The notes beneath the pieces were generated by a model. The model was given only the letters and a program-made list of their open reading frames with translations, was not told the origin of the DNA and searched no databases. DNA of 64,000 bases, taken from the NCBI GenBank assembly GCA_043810285.1, contig JBDROH010000022.1, positions 8,484-72,483 on the forward strand. The letters run 5' to 3'. The DNA is from an archaeon (lineage in GTDB: Archaea; Nanobdellota; Nanobdellia; Pacearchaeales; GW2011-AR1). Shown piece by piece: positions 48,577 to 60,800 of the stretch. Both the position numbers and the translations under genes were made by a program. Within the stretch, counting starts at the first letter, position 1. Every line of letters starts with the position of its first letter.

Positions 48577-48601
48577 CCCTTGGAAGGAAATCCTCCAAGG
48601 G
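48577..48601 (-). terminator. Hairpin followed by a T-tract, downstream of EF-1alpha
   Basis: CCCTTGGA...TCCAAGGG stem, then TTAAGACTTTTTT on the minus strand. Confidence 0.5.
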
Positions 48602-48639
48602 ATATATTACAAAAAAATAAAAAAGAGGTCTAATCGACC

Positions 48640-49926
48640 TTAAAGTTTCTTTTCAACAAGAGACTTGCAAACACCTGCTGCGACTGTAACACCTGCGTCT
48701 CGGATAGCGAATCGAGCCATGTATGGATTATCTCCAACTGCCTCAAGTACTAAATTTCCGATCGGCTTGATTCTAACAATAGCAACGTCCCCATTCTTCA
48801 AAAAGTCTGGGTTTTCTTGTGCAACCTGTCCCGTAGCTGGATCCAACTTCGCTTTGATTTCTACAAATTGACATGGAACCTGAGCAGTATGAACATGGAA
48901 AACTGGTGTGTAGCCCTTAGCAATAACTGTCGGATGATTAATCACGGCAATCTGTGCTTCGAACTCTTCAACAATCTTCGCAGGATTAGCAGCATCACAA
49001 ATAACATCTCCTCGAGCAATATCTTTCTTAGCAACTCCTCTGATGCTTATACCGACATTATCTCCAGCTTCACCTTCTTTTAACTGTTCATGGTGAGCTT
49101 CAATACTTCGGACTTCGCCAGTTATTCCAGTTCCAGTTCGACCAGGTAATATAATAACCTTCTGACCTATTTTCATAATACCGGTTTCAATCTTTCCTAC
49201 AGGAACAGTACCGATACCAGTAATATCATAAACATCTTGAATAGGCATTCGCATTGGTAGACCAGTCGGCTTTTCTGGAGCAGGAAACTTATCAATCTGT
49301 TCCAAAATAGTAGGACCCTTATACCAAGGCATCTTATCTGACTTTTTAGCGATATTATCTCCCATCAAAGCAGAACCTGCTAAGAACGGAACCATATCAG
49401 GTTTGTAACCTGCTTGCTTGATAACTGCAGAAACTTCTTCCACAACTTTCTTGAATTTCTCTTCTGAATAATTAACAACATCCATTTTGTTTACCAAAAC
49501 AGCGAGCGACTTAACTCCCATAGTTCGAAGCAACCAAACGTGCTCCTTAGTCTGGGGTTGAACTCCACCATCGACAGAAACTGTCAAAAAAGCTGCATCT
49601 GCTTGCGAAGCACCAGTAATCATATTCTTAACGAAATCCTTGTGACCTGGAGCATCGATAATTGTAACTTCAAAATTCTTAGTCATAAGCTTTTTATAAG
49701 ACAAGTTAATAGTAACTCCTCTCTCTCGCTCTTCCTTCAAATTATCCATCACATAAGCAAATTCAAACCCTGCTTTACCATGCTTTGCTGCTTCTTCCTT
49801 GTGCTTTTTCATTTCCTGTTCGGAAACTCCACCACAATCATAAAAAAGTCTTCCAACTGTAGTAGACTTCCCGTGGTCAACGTGCCCAACGAAGACAACA
49901 TTCATTATTGGTTTTTCTTTAGCCAT
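48640..49926 (-). CDS. tuf: Elongation factor 1-alpha
   Basis: [18 protein letters not shown]. Confidence 0.97.
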   Translation of the reverse strand: MAKEKPIMNVVFVGHVDHGKSTTVGRLFYDCGGVSEQEMKKHKEEAAKHGKAGFEFAYVMDNLKEERERGVTINLSYKKLMTKNFEVTIIDAPGHKDFVKNMITGASQADAAFLTVSVDGGVQPQTKEHVWLLRTMGVKSLAVLVNKMDVVNYSEEKFKKVVEEVSAVIKQAGYKPDMVPFLAGSALMGDNIAKKSDKMPWYKGPTILEQIDKFPAPEKPTGLPMRMPIQDVYDITGIGTVPVGKIETGIMKIGQKVIILPGRTGTGITGEVRSIEAHHEQLKEGEAGDNVGISIRGVAKKDIARGDVICDAANPAKIVEEFEAQIAVINHPTVIAKGYTPVFHVHTAQVPCQFVEIKAKLDPATGQVAQENPDFLKNGDVAIVRIKPIGNLVLEAVGDNPYMARFAIRDAGVTVAAGVCKSLVEKKL

Positions 49927-50004
49927 ATTTCTTAATTTTAATTTAGTTAATTTAATCTATCTTCCATCGAAGATATAATATGATATAAATTTTGGTTTAT
50001 AAGC

Positions 50005-52176
50005 CTATTGATTCTCAGCCAAACCTTTTCTACTCCTAATCTGCTTAATAACTTTCGCCTGAAACTGAGTTGGTAATTTCTTAAAAGTTTGACTAACCAA
50101 AGACGAAATACCTCGTCCCTCCGTCGCACTTCGTAAATCATTACTCCACCCTATCATCTCTTGAACAGGAAGTTCTGCTCTAATTGTAACTCCAGATTCA
50201 TCCTGCTGAACATCAACTAAAGTCCCTCTTTTTGTTGAAACCAAGGAAGTTACAGCACTCATAAATTCTATAGGTGCTTCAACCTGATGAACCTGAACTG
50301 GCTCAAAAATAGCTGGAGCCGCTTTTGCAAACGCTTCCTTAATCGCCTCTCGAACTGCCGGATAAACCTGTGCCGGTCCACGATGAATAGCATCCTCATG
50401 CAACTTCATATCAACAACTGAAATCTTCATTTTATGGCAAGGTTCTCGAGCCAATGGACCAGCGTCGACAACCTGTTCAAATGAATCTAAAAGTAACTCA
50501 ATAACCTCTCCAATTTGCACAATCCCTTTAGTTCTATCCAAAAAAATACAACCCTTATACACGTCTCGATATTGCTGAGCCTCATCCCGAGGGATACCCA
50601 ACCCAACTAAAGTTTCATCTAATGCCTTATCCTTCTTTTTAATTCGTCCAGTAGGCAATTTACCTTCAACAATAGCCTCGACAATCGCATCTTCTAGCGG
50701 TTCAACACTAATAAAAAAATCATTATGCTTATTCGGGGAACGTCCAATTGCGACATCACTCACTTTCATAACTGATTCCCTAAAGACTACAATAGGAGGA
50801 CCCATTTCAATATCAAGACCTTTCTCAGTTTTAATTCTGTTCTCAATAATTTCCAAATGCAACTCGCCCATTCCAGACATCAAAGATTCTCCAGTCTCTT
50901 CATTAATTTCAATCCTCAAAGAAGGATCTTCTTTCCCAACTCGTCTCAAAACTTCAATCAGCTTCGGTAAATCCGCGGTTCTTTTTGTACTGATAGATTT
51001 TGTAACAACAGGTTCAAATAAATGACTAATCGCCTCAAAAGGTTCAATAGGATTCCTTGAAACAGTTTCACCGACGACAACATTTCTCAAACCTACAATA
51101 CCCACAATATTTCCCGCAACAACTTCATCAATCTGAAATCTTTGAGCACCTTTGTAAATAGAAACCTGCTGAACTCGTACTTTCGTTCCAGCAATATTCA
51201 TATATAACTCATCCCCTTGTTTAATCGTCCCACTAAATAACCTACCACAAGCAACCTCTCCTGCATGAGGATCAACCACAATTTTAATCGGAACAAATGC
51301 CACTTCACCGTTAATATTACAGCTCATCAAATCTTTCGCAGCTTCGCTCTCTAAATCACCATGCCAAATCTTAGGAATCCTATATGCTTGAGCAGTTACA
51401 GGATCTGGATGATTATTAATAACCATATCCAAAACAACCTCGTGGAGAGGTGCTTTTTTCGCTAACTCCTTATATGTCTCTCCACCAGCTTCGGAAGCAT
51501 CAATAACTTCCTTAAAAGAAATCCCCTTCCTCTTCATATAAGGAATACTTAAAGCCCAATTATGAAAAGCCGAACCAAATGCAACAGAACCATCAGCAAC
51601 ATTAACTTGCCACTTCTGTTTGTATCCTTCTTCAGCAATCTGAGCAATCAACTTATTTACATCATTAATAATTTTGATAAACCTCTGTTGCATCTCTTCT
51701 GGAGTCAACTTAACTTCTCTAATCAAACGGTCAACCTTATTAATAAAAAGAATTGGTTTAACCCTCTCTTTCAAAGCCTGTCGAAGGACAGTCTCAGTCT
51801 GAGGCATAATACCTTCAGAAGCACAGCACAAAACAATCGCTCCGTCAACCGCCCTCATAGCTCGAGTAACATCACCACCAAAATCAACATGTCCAGGCGT
51901 TTCAATCAAATTAATTAAATAATCTTTTCCGTCAACACTATGAATCATCGACACTGAAGCTGAATCAATAGTAATACCTCTTTCAGTTTCATCATCATGA
52001 AAATCTAAAGTTCTAGCCTTCCCAGCCAAAGCATGACTCATCATTCCTGCACCTGCTAGGAGATTATCTGAAAAAGTCGTCTTTCCATGGTCAATATGTG
52101 CCGCAATCGCAATATTACGAATATATTTAGGAGTTTTCTGCAATTCCTTAATTCGTGTATTTATATCGGGCGCCAT
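50005..52176 (-). CDS. fusA: Elongation factor 2
   Basis: AHIDHGKTT, RGITI, NKVD, diphthamide loop HEDAIHRGPAQ. Confidence 0.97.
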   Translation of the reverse strand: MAPDINTRIKELQKTPKYIRNIAIAAHIDHGKTTFSDNLLAGAGMMSHALAGKARTLDFHDDETERGITIDSASVSMIHSVDGKDYLINLIETPGHVDFGGDVTRAMRAVDGAIVLCCASEGIMPQTETVLRQALKERVKPILFINKVDRLIREVKLTPEEMQQRFIKIINDVNKLIAQIAEEGYKQKWQVNVADGSVAFGSAFHNWALSIPYMKRKGISFKEVIDASEAGGETYKELAKKAPLHEVVLDMVINNHPDPVTAQAYRIPKIWHGDLESEAAKDLMSCNINGEVAFVPIKIVVDPHAGEVACGRLFSGTIKQGDELYMNIAGTKVRVQQVSIYKGAQRFQIDEVVAGNIVGIVGLRNVVVGETVSRNPIEPFEAISHLFEPVVTKSISTKRTADLPKLIEVLRRVGKEDPSLRIEINEETGESLMSGMGELHLEIIENRIKTEKGLDIEMGPPIVVFRESVMKVSDVAIGRSPNKHNDFFISVEPLEDAIVEAIVEGKLPTGRIKKKDKALDETLVGLGIPRDEAQQYRDVYKGCIFLDRTKGIVQIGEVIELLLDSFEQVVDAGPLAREPCHKMKISVVDMKLHEDAIHRGPAQVYPAVREAIKEAFAKAAPAIFEPVQVHQVEAPIEFMSAVTSLVSTKRGTLVDVQQDESGVTIRAELPVQEMIGWSNDLRSATEGRGISSLVSQTFKKLPTQFQAKVIKQIRSRKGLAENQ

Positions 52177-52322
52177 ATAATAATCGATTGAAAATTCAGT
52201 TTATAAAAGTTTGCATACTAAAAGATAAAATCACCGACGACGATTGAATAAACTTCTCTCCAAAATTCAAATTAAAGATTACCTCACCAACATATATCTC
52301 AAAGTATTCTTTTGATTGCCGA

Positions 52323-52577
52323 TTACCTTCCCCTTATATAAATCCAAAATCCAATAATCGCCAAGATGAAAAAAATCACCCCTAACAAATTCGTATCATT
52401 CGTAGAAAAATTTGAAATTGCATTCCCAGTAATATTAGTAACCAAAAATATAAGGCTCAAAGCAAAGCTACCCATACTCAAAATCAAAGTCATCCTACGG
52501 CTAACATTTCTCTCACTGCCGTCGACAACTATAACCTCTGGATTAGGTTTTCTAGCTTTATCTTTTAATATCACCAT
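52323..52577 (-). CDS. Small two-TM membrane protein
   Basis: TM-ITGNAI-TM architecture. Confidence 0.6.
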   Translation of the reverse strand: MVILKDKARKPNPEVIVVDGSERNVSRRMTLILSMGSFALSLIFLVTNITGNAISNFSTNDTNLLGVIFFILAIIGFWIYIRGR

Positions 52578-52648
52578 CTAAATAGAACAAAAATCTCCTT
52601 TAAATATATTTTGTAAACAACATAATTAATAATCTTAGTAAATAAAAC

Positions 52649-53263
52649 TTACCTAGCAGCATCTGCTTGCTTTTCAGCATCATTCTTCTTAGAAACAGCA
52701 TAACTCTCCGAACTACCTTCCGCAGCCAACATTAATTCTTTAGCTAAAGATTCGACAATCGTTGCCTTCTTATTAAAGGCTTTATCATAAGACCCATTGA
52801 TTATATACCTAAGAACCAAGTTCAATCTTCTTCTAGGAGAAACATCAACAGCCTGAGGATACCGAGCACCACCATATTCAATTGCAGTTACCATATCCCT
52901 AGGAGCCCCGTTTTCAATCGCCTTAATTAAAATCTTCAGAGGATTTTCTCCAGTTTTCTCCTCAATAATCTTAAACGCATCGATAACAATTTTAGTACAC
53001 CGAACCTGCTTCCCAGTAATTCGTCCAGTAATAATTTTATGTTTCTTCCCTCGAGAACCAGGAACTTGCAATAAATTTATCAATCTCTCAACAACATTAA
53101 CCTTCGCCCTCGTCGGATCCCACTTAATTCTACCGTGAGATTTCAACATTAACTTAGCATTCAAATTAATAACTTTCTTTAAACCAGGGTCTTCAACACG
53201 AACTTCAGAACTATCAAACAAACCAAAAATTTTCATTTCCATCTTATCGTCTTCCTTTCTCAA
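52649..53263 (-). CDS. rps7: 30S ribosomal protein S7 (start may be 53242)
   Basis: [22 protein letters not shown]. Confidence 0.95.
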   Translation of the reverse strand: MRKEDDKMEMKIFGLFDSSEVRVEDPGLKKVINLNAKLMLKSHGRIKWDPTRAKVNVVERLINLLQVPGSRGKKHKIITGRITGKQVRCTKIVIDAFKIIEEKTGENPLKILIKAIENGAPRDMVTAIEYGGARYPQAVDVSPRRRLNLVLRYIINGSYDKAFNKKATIVESLAKELMLAAEGSSESYAVSKKNDAEKQADAAR

Positions 53264-53666
53264 TCTTACCGGACCAAAGTCTAGCTAATGACTGATCATT
53301 TACTTTAATAACCTGAAACCGCACACCAGACAAATCTCCTTTCGTCCGTCCCTGTTTCCCACCAATTCGTTCAATCACAACCTCGTCATGCTCATCTACA
53401 AACTTCTGAGCCAAGTTCCCAGGAATAAAAGCCGTAACTTCCTTACCATTTTTAATCAACTGAACCCTGCAACATTTTCTCATAGCCGAGTTAGGCTGCT
53501 TCGCCTCTTTCTGAATCTTTTTAATGACAATACCTTTCGCTTGAGATGCTCGCCCAATAGGGTCAAACTTCAAACTAATTCCAAGTCGCTTTTTCTTCGC
53601 TGGCAACTTGTTATCTCTAAATTTCTTTCGAGATTTCTTCAATTTCAATGCATTCATCAATCCCAT
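53244..53666 (-). CDS. rps12: 30S ribosomal protein S12
   Basis: [20 protein letters not shown]. Confidence 0.96.
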   Translation of the reverse strand: MGLMNALKLKKSRKKFRDNKLPAKKKRLGISLKFDPIGRASQAKGIVIKKIQKEAKQPNSAMRKCCRVQLIKNGKEVTAFIPGNLAQKFVDEHDEVVIERIGGKQGRTKGDLSGVRFQVIKVNDQSLARLWSGKIEKGRR

Positions 53667-53741
53667 AAGTTGATATCCTCTGCCTTCAATATTTTATATA
53701 CCATTGTATAAATTAAGTGAAAATTCCTTTTATAAATTTAC

Positions 53742-54167
53742 CTACACAATTCGTAACTTAACAACATTAAAAAAATTTTTCAAAACCTCAGACAACTCCT
53801 TTTCTCTTTGACGATTTCGTCCAATCAAAGAAGCTTTACTCTGACGCCCTGCATTAATCACTACAGAATTTTCTTTTACCTCAATTTTATTAAATTCAAT
53901 AGGACTAATAACTGCCTCGACAAATTTTCCAATCTCATCATTATTGTTAATCATAGGCATAGCTACAACCCTGATTTTTCTTCTCAAGATACCATTAAGT
54001 TTCTTAACATTTATCCCATCTCTTCCAATTGCTCTTGAAACTTGTGTCTTAGGTACTGCAAAAATTATCTGATTATTATAAAAAAAACATTTTGTCGTCG
54101 AAACTTTTGTTACTCTAGCAAATAAATTAAGATATCTAATCAATTGCATATTAATAATTTCTGCCAT
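53742..54167 (-). CDS. nusA: Archaeal NusA (KH domains)
   Basis: AIGRDG, LIGRN; canonical operon position. Confidence 0.85.
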   Translation of the reverse strand: MAEIINMQLIRYLNLFARVTKVSTTKCFFYNNQIIFAVPKTQVSRAIGRDGINVKKLNGILRRKIRVVAMPMINNNDEIGKFVEAVISPIEFNKIEVKENSVVINAGRQSKASLIGRNRQREKELSEVLKNFFNVVKLRIV

Positions 54168-54168
54168 C

Positions 54169-54468
54169 TTATTTTTTTTTATTTACAGAAGATAAATCTT
54201 TAGAAGCGATAGAAAAAACTTCGCATTCAAAGTCAAGATTTAGTTCCTTGGCTAAATCTTCTTTAGATTTCAAAACAATAAATTCGACTCCTGCGGAATC
54301 CAGTTTTTCAACAGTTTCATCTCGAGCATCTTTACTAATAAAAACATTAGATAATTTGACCCCCTTCGATTTGGGGTCTGCCGAGTGGCCAGCATGTTTC
54401 AAGGCCTGTCGAATCCCAAAGTAAACCTTTCCTTGTTCTATCGCTTCATTAATTTCCTTTACTGACAT
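54169..54468 (-). CDS. rpl30e: Ribosomal protein L30e-like
   Basis: GKVYFGIRQALK; position between rpoA and nusA. Confidence 0.7.
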   Translation of the reverse strand: MSVKEINEAIEQGKVYFGIRQALKHAGHSADPKSKGVKLSNVFISKDARDETVEKLDSAGVEFIVLKSKEDLAKELNLDFECEVFSIASKDLSSVNKKK

Positions 54469-57400
54469 TTTTTTTAACTCCCTTCGATTTTTCCCGTTCC
54501 GCTAAAGAACCTGTAACTTTAACCAATAAACCTGGAAGACCTGTTCCAACAGGAACTGGTTGGTTTAATATAATATTCTCGATTACCGACGCTAGCCTAT
54601 CCCTCTTACCTGTCTTTGTTGCCTGGACAAATTGAGGAACTGGAGTTTCAAATGAGGCTCTTGCTAAAATCGAACTCTTATCCGAAATAATACCCATTCG
54701 AGTAATACCCTTAACCACTCCAGAAGCAGTCATTGTATCTGCAACCAACATAGCATGTTTCCAGTCAATTGCAAGACCTTGGGAGGTAACAACTTTTTGA
54801 ATCTCATTAATTATCGCCTGTCGTGCAGCCTCGATACCAATAGTATTAGCAATCTCATGAATGTCATTAGTAACAACCTTGTCACTATCAACGCCTTTGA
54901 ACTTCAAAATTTCTTTCAAGTTTGAACCTGCAGTCAAAATAACATAGTCCCTCTCTCGCTTAACAACTAATACTTGAGAAATACCTTTAATACCTGTCAA
55001 GATAACTTCCTTAAGTTTTTCTTTAGTTTTATAAATCATCTTGAAATCTTCTTTAGCCATATCAAGCACAAAACCATCTGAGGATTTTTTCGCACTAAAG
55101 CCTTTTTCATTCAAAACCTTAAGAGCACTATCAATATTGATATGTGCCGCCTTCAATCCAGTTGAATCAACACCAATCTTAATTTTCTTCGAACCAAAAT
55201 CAATAGCAATATCAGAAATAATTTCCTTCAACTTAACCTCTTTAATCTTCTCCGCAATAACTCTTGCGTCCTTCTCATTATTATGCTCTTTATCTAAATA
55301 GATTTCCATCGAAGGAGTTTTAGGTAATTTTCTCGCATCTAAAATTTCAACAAGTCTCGGAAGACCTTGGGTAACCTGCATTTCCGCTACACCCGCCGCA
55401 TGGAACACATTCAGAACCATCTGCGTCGACGCCTCTCCAAAAGACTGAGCAGTCACAACACCAATAGCCTCGCCAGGCGCAACCTTGCCACCAGTATGCT
55501 TAGCTGAAATATCAACACCATCAAGACCATAAATATATTGAACGATATTATTTGAAGCATCTCTTACAGTTCCATCATAAGCCACAACCAAATCCTGCAA
55601 AGCATTCGCTAAACGTCTAAATAAATAACCAGACTTAGGAGTTCTAAGTGCAACATCCATTAGACCATCTCTTCCAGTCATAGCACCAAAAAATAATTCA
55701 TCAGGTTCAAAACCTTTCATCAAAGAACTATAAATAAATCCGTGGGGTCTTGGCGACAAATCTCCTTTCTTGAAAAACGGTAAAGTTCTTTCAGTATAAC
55801 CAAAATCAATTCTACGCCCGTGAAGAACTTGCTGTCCAACCGAACAAGCAATCTGAGTAATATTCAACAAACTTCCCCCAGCTCCAGAGCTAATCATCTT
55901 ATTCGCTAAATTATCTTTAGGAAAACCAGCCTTAACAGCGTCACCAATATCAGTTCGAATCTCATTCAAAGCATGCAAAATCTTAGTTTCCCTCGTTTCC
56001 TCAGCACTCTTTCCAGGCAAACATTCAAGACTTTTATCGTAATAACTTTCTATAATCTTTTGGGTCTTAATTTCCGCAGCCTCGATAATTTTTTGAGTCT
56101 TCTTCTTAACTTCTTCAGGAACGTCAAGATCATCTGCAGAAAGAGTAAATCCCGTTCTCGACACAAAATTTGCTCCCAATGAAAAAACCTTTTTCAAAAG
56201 TTCAATAGTTCTCTCTCGACCAATCTTCTTATCTGCGATTCTCAGAACTGCACCGCTACCACTCTTAAATCCCTTAGGATCGATACTCTCATTTGCAATT
56301 TCCTTAGGAATAAGTTTCGCAAAAATATCTTTTCCAGAATTATTCTTATTCAAATTCCCCACCTCTACATTATTTTCGTACAACAACTGAGCCGCATCCT
56401 CTTTACTCAATTCGGATTCACCAAGAATGAAATTACCACTAACAGCGTCCTTAACACATCCAATAAAATTCATATTATTCTTAGGTGAAAATAGGTTCGC
56501 GTTGACATTCAACAAAATTTTTGCCTCAGCTCGAGCTTCTTCGGTTTGAGGAGCATGGATATTCATTTCATCACCATCAAAATCCGCACCATAAGGAGCA
56601 CAAACTGCTGGATGAATTCTGAACGTCCTTCCGGGAAGAACCTTTACTAAATGAGCCATAAGCGAAGCCCTATGCAAAGACGGATGTCGGTTAAATAAAA
56701 CAATATCTCCATCAACAAGATGTCGTTCAACAATATAACCTGGCTCAATTTCGTTCTGCAAATCTTCTCTCAAATCATCAGTAATTCGCTTCCTCTTTTC
56801 ATCAGGTCGAATAATATAATTAGCTCCAGGGTAACCCTTAGCCGCAATCAATTTTTTCATACGATTAATATTTCTAGAAGTAACTTTCTCAGCTACAGTC
56901 AAAACATTAGCAACAGTTAAGGGAATACCTACTTCATTCAACTTCAAATTAGGATCTGGAGAAATCACAGTTCTTGCAGAATAATTAACTCTCTTCCCCG
57001 CTAAATTCTTCCTAATTCTACCTTCCTTACCTTTAATTCTTTCAGTAATAGTCTTCAATGGCTGTCCACTTCTATGCCTTGCAGGAGGAATCTTAGCGAT
57101 AGAATTATCAAAAAATGTAGTAATATGATATTGCAATAAATCCCAAAGATCTTCGATAATAACTTCAGGCGCACCCGCATTCAAATTTTCCCAAAGCCTT
57201 TGATTAGACCGAATAATATCTGACAACTTATGAGTTAGGTCATCCTCTGATCTTTCACCAGTTTGTAACGTAATTGAAGGACGCACAGCGACGGAAGGAA
57301 CAAGTAACAGCGTCAATATAGCCCATTCAGGTCTTAAAGTTGCTGCATTAATTCCCAATACCTTCAAATCCTCGTCAGGAACATTAACTAATCTCTCACG

Positions 57401-57883
57401 AATCTCTGAAGGAAACAATCTCCTTCGCCCACTTCTAAAAGTGCATGGCTTCTCAAGCTTAACCCTTTCCTGAACAATACTACAATGAGGACATTTTTTC
57501 CCATCCTTTGCTTTTTTAATCCTATCAATTAAAGGTTTATTCAAATCTTTCTCATCTTTAATCAAAACTTTTCCACAAGCTTCACAAGTCGATCTTAAAA
57601 CCAAATCAATAATAGGCAGATATTTGATATGAACAATTGGTCGAGCTAACTCAATCATTCCAGGATGACCTAAACATTCTTTCAATCGCCCACCACAAGT
57701 CCTACACCTAACACCCGGGTCAATAGCACCAAGTCGCAAATCCATCAAACCACCGTCAACAGGATAACCATCCACATCATAAAGTTCAGGAGTTACAATT
57801 TTCGCAACAGATAATTTTTTAATCTGTTCAGGACTAACTAAATGAAAATTCATTCCACTAACTTGTTTCTTTACAGGTCTCAT
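54449..57883 (-). CDS. rpoA: RNA polymerase subunit A'/A'' fused
   Basis: Zn-clamp, ADFDGD, bridge helix and trigger loop (PGEAIG...TQMVLNVFH) in one 1144-aa ORF. Confidence 0.95.
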   Translation of the reverse strand: MRPVKKQVSGMNFHLVSPEQIKKLSVAKIVTPELYDVDGYPVDGGLMDLRLGAIDPGVRCRTCGGRLKECLGHPGMIELARPIVHIKYLPIIDLVLRSTCEACGKVLIKDEKDLNKPLIDRIKKAKDGKKCPHCSIVQERVKLEKPCTFRSGRRRLFPSEIRERLVNVPDEDLKVLGINAATLRPEWAILTLLLVPSVAVRPSITLQTGERSEDDLTHKLSDIIRSNQRLWENLNAGAPEVIIEDLWDLLQYHITTFFDNSIAKIPPARHRSGQPLKTITERIKGKEGRIRKNLAGKRVNYSARTVISPDPNLKLNEVGIPLTVANVLTVAEKVTSRNINRMKKLIAAKGYPGANYIIRPDEKRKRITDDLREDLQNEIEPGYIVERHLVDGDIVLFNRHPSLHRASLMAHLVKVLPGRTFRIHPAVCAPYGADFDGDEMNIHAPQTEEARAEAKILLNVNANLFSPKNNMNFIGCVKDAVSGNFILGESELSKEDAAQLLYENNVEVGNLNKNNSGKDIFAKLIPKEIANESIDPKGFKSGSGAVLRIADKKIGRERTIELLKKVFSLGANFVSRTGFTLSADDLDVPEEVKKKTQKIIEAAEIKTQKIIESYYDKSLECLPGKSAEETRETKILHALNEIRTDIGDAVKAGFPKDNLANKMISSGAGGSLLNITQIACSVGQQVLHGRRIDFGYTERTLPFFKKGDLSPRPHGFIYSSLMKGFEPDELFFGAMTGRDGLMDVALRTPKSGYLFRRLANALQDLVVAYDGTVRDASNNIVQYIYGLDGVDISAKHTGGKVAPGEAIGVVTAQSFGEASTQMVLNVFHAAGVAEMQVTQGLPRLVEILDARKLPKTPSMEIYLDKEHNNEKDARVIAEKIKEVKLKEIISDIAIDFGSKKIKIGVDSTGLKAAHINIDSALKVLNEKGFSAKKSSDGFVLDMAKEDFKMIYKTKEKLKEVILTGIKGISQVLVVKRERDYVILTAGSNLKEILKFKGVDSDKVVTNDIHEIANTIGIEAARQAIINEIQKVVTSQGLAIDWKHAMLVADTMTASGVVKGITRMGIISDKSSILARASFETPVPQFVQATKTGKRDRLASVIENIILNQPVPVGTGLPGLLVKVTGSLAEREKSKGVKKNVSKGN

Positions 57884-57885
57884 AA

Positions 57886-60800
57886 TTACTCGTATTTATT
57901 TTTCAAATGAAATTTAGTTATAATATGTAATCCTTGCAATTCTTCAATCAATAATTTGAAAGCATACGAAACTTCAATAGGCTCAACCTGATTTGAATGA
58001 CACAATCTACAAACTTTCTTGTTGTGAATTTTATCATCAATAACAAGACTTCCACACTTTGAACAGATATGAATAAGAACTTTGTCTGAATCGTAACGTT
58101 CTTTTAATAAAAGTGATGCTCCGTGCCCTACAAGTGCCTCTTGCTCCATTTCACCAAGCCTTAAAGCTCCTCCACGAGCCCGACCTTCAATAGGTTGCCT
58201 AGTCAATAAAGCAATCTTTCCAGATGCCCGAGCATGTAACCTATCCGCAACCATATACTTTAATTTCAAATAAAACATATTACCAATAAAAATTTTAACC
58301 GGCATCCTCTGTCCACTAATCCCATTATACATAATCTCCTTACCATTCTCCCTAAATCCTAACTTCTTCAAATTATTTTCTAAAGTATCAATAGTCTCTC
58401 CTGTAAACGCAGAAGCATCAATGATTTTTCCAGAAAGAGCCGCAACCTTACCACCAAGAATATCCATTAGATAACTAACAGTCATACGAGAAGGAATACC
58501 ATGTGGATTAAACATAATATCTGGCCGAATACCGTTAACTGTAAATGGAATATCTGCCTCTGGAGCAACCATACCCACAATACCTTTCTGACTATGAGGG
58601 TTTGAAAATTTATCTCCAATCTCCGGAATTCTTAACTCTCGTGTTCTAACCTGAACAATCTTATTACCCTCTTTATCTTGAGCAACAAAAACAGCATCAA
58701 TAATACCTGTTTCCTCTTGACGAATCGCAGAAGAAGCTTCATTTTTAGTTTGAATTGAAATCTCACGAGCTTCACTCAAAAACTTAGGAGGACTAATTTT
58801 TCCAATAACCACCTCTCCAGAAATCATCTCAGCTTCAGGATAAACAATTCCATCATCTTCTAAAAACCTATAACTCTCTTCAGTCCTATAACCTGAAACA
58901 TCTTTATCTGGAACAACAATCTCGTCTTTAAGACCTCCTGCATAATTCAACTCAACAGAAACATAAGGTCTAAATCTCGAACTTCGAGCAAGACCTCTAT
59001 CAACTGAACCCTTATTCAAAACTGTAGCATCTTCAATATTATACCCTTCATAAGGTAAAATACCTAATATCACATTTTGCCCAACAGGATGAACATCTAA
59101 GGTATCATAAATGAAAGTTCTAACTAGAGGTTTCTGGGGGTAATGTAAAAGTGAAACATCAGTATCAATTCTAACTGGAAAATTTCCAGCATAAAGACCA
59201 AGACCTTGACGGTAAGCTCTCGAACCACCCTTAACCATACGTGCAGGAGGACTATGATTACCAAACGGAATCAGTGCAACACTAACACCCAAAAGATCCA
59301 CAGGATCAACCTCAAGATGAGTATGCTCCTCAGTCAAATCACTTTCATTAAGTGCAACATAACAATCATCTTCTTCAGCAGCATCAAGATATTCTAAAAT
59401 TTTCTCCTTGAACAAGCCTTCCCAAGTTAAACTCCCATTACGAATTAATTCTAAATGTTCTGTCCTCAATTTTGAAACACCATTTTCAACAATAATCAGC
59501 GGACGTATAACTCTTCCAATCTCAGAGCTTATAAAAACCGTATCTAGAAATTTATCAAATTTTACAGACATTTCAATAGGTAACTTACCTTCTCGACGAT
59601 AATCCCTCACAACACTAACGAATGCTCTCACATCATTAGTAACTCCAATAAATCTCCCATTATAAAAAATATCAATATCTCCTTCATCATTTTTATTTAC
59701 AAACCCTTTTAAAATATTTAAGATATTCCCGTGATCCATCAAGGTTCGTGTTGAAATCCTTGCAAGTAAAGCCAAGTTCTTCCTCAACCCAATTTCAGTC
59801 CCTTCAGGAGTTTCAATAGGACAGAACCGACCATAATGGGTAGGATGAACTGTTCGTGCAGCTAAATTTTCTTGCTCACCTGGAAGAGTCGAAGTAACTC
59901 TCTGCAACTGAGACATAACTGAAAAAGAATTATTCATATCCATATTTTGAGTTACACCATTTCGCTCACCAATCCATGAACCTGTAGCAATCGCACTCTC
60001 TATTCGATGTGTGAACAAAGTAGATTTAGCAATTGTTTTAATAGAAAAAAACTTACGTCTCTTCACAGTCTTTTGTAATGTATGTTGAACTTCTCGAAGA
60101 AGAATACTCATATTTACCCTAAACAAATCCGACAATAAATCCCCTGAAAGCCTAACTCTCTTATTCGCATAATGGTCTTTATCAGTCATTGAATCTTTCG
60201 GATTTTCTTTCGTAACGTAAAATTGTTTAATAAATTTACAAAGAGTTTTAGCTTTCTCAAGCCGAGTTTCCTTATTAAGTCCGATATGTGGCAAAAAATA
60301 CGAATCTATTCTTTGCTTAACCCTATCAAGCATTTCCTTATTAGTTCCTTGCAACGAACTCTTCTCGGCAATCCACATCAAAGCATCGTTAACATTTGTA
60401 ACAGTAGCAAATTCATAAAAATTAACAATTAACCCATCTGTCTGTTTCCGAACTAATTTGGCAATATCAGCATCACTAGAAAGACCTAAAGCTTTCAACA
60501 AAACCATTGCGGGAATATCTCTAAATCTAGAAAAAGAAACTTCCAAGATTCCCTCAGAATTCTCAGACAATGAAATAGGAATTTTGTAAGCATCCTTCTG
60601 AGAAAACAAACGCAAAACCAACCGCTTCTTGATTTTCTGCCACTCAATAAACGTCTGATTCGATGCCAAATCCTCTGCCATAACCATCACTCTTTCATTA
60701 CCGTTAATCAAAAAATAACCACCGGTATCTTTAGGATCAATATAATTCTTAATCAAATCTTCCTCACTCATCCCATTAAGATTACAAGCCCCACTCTTAA

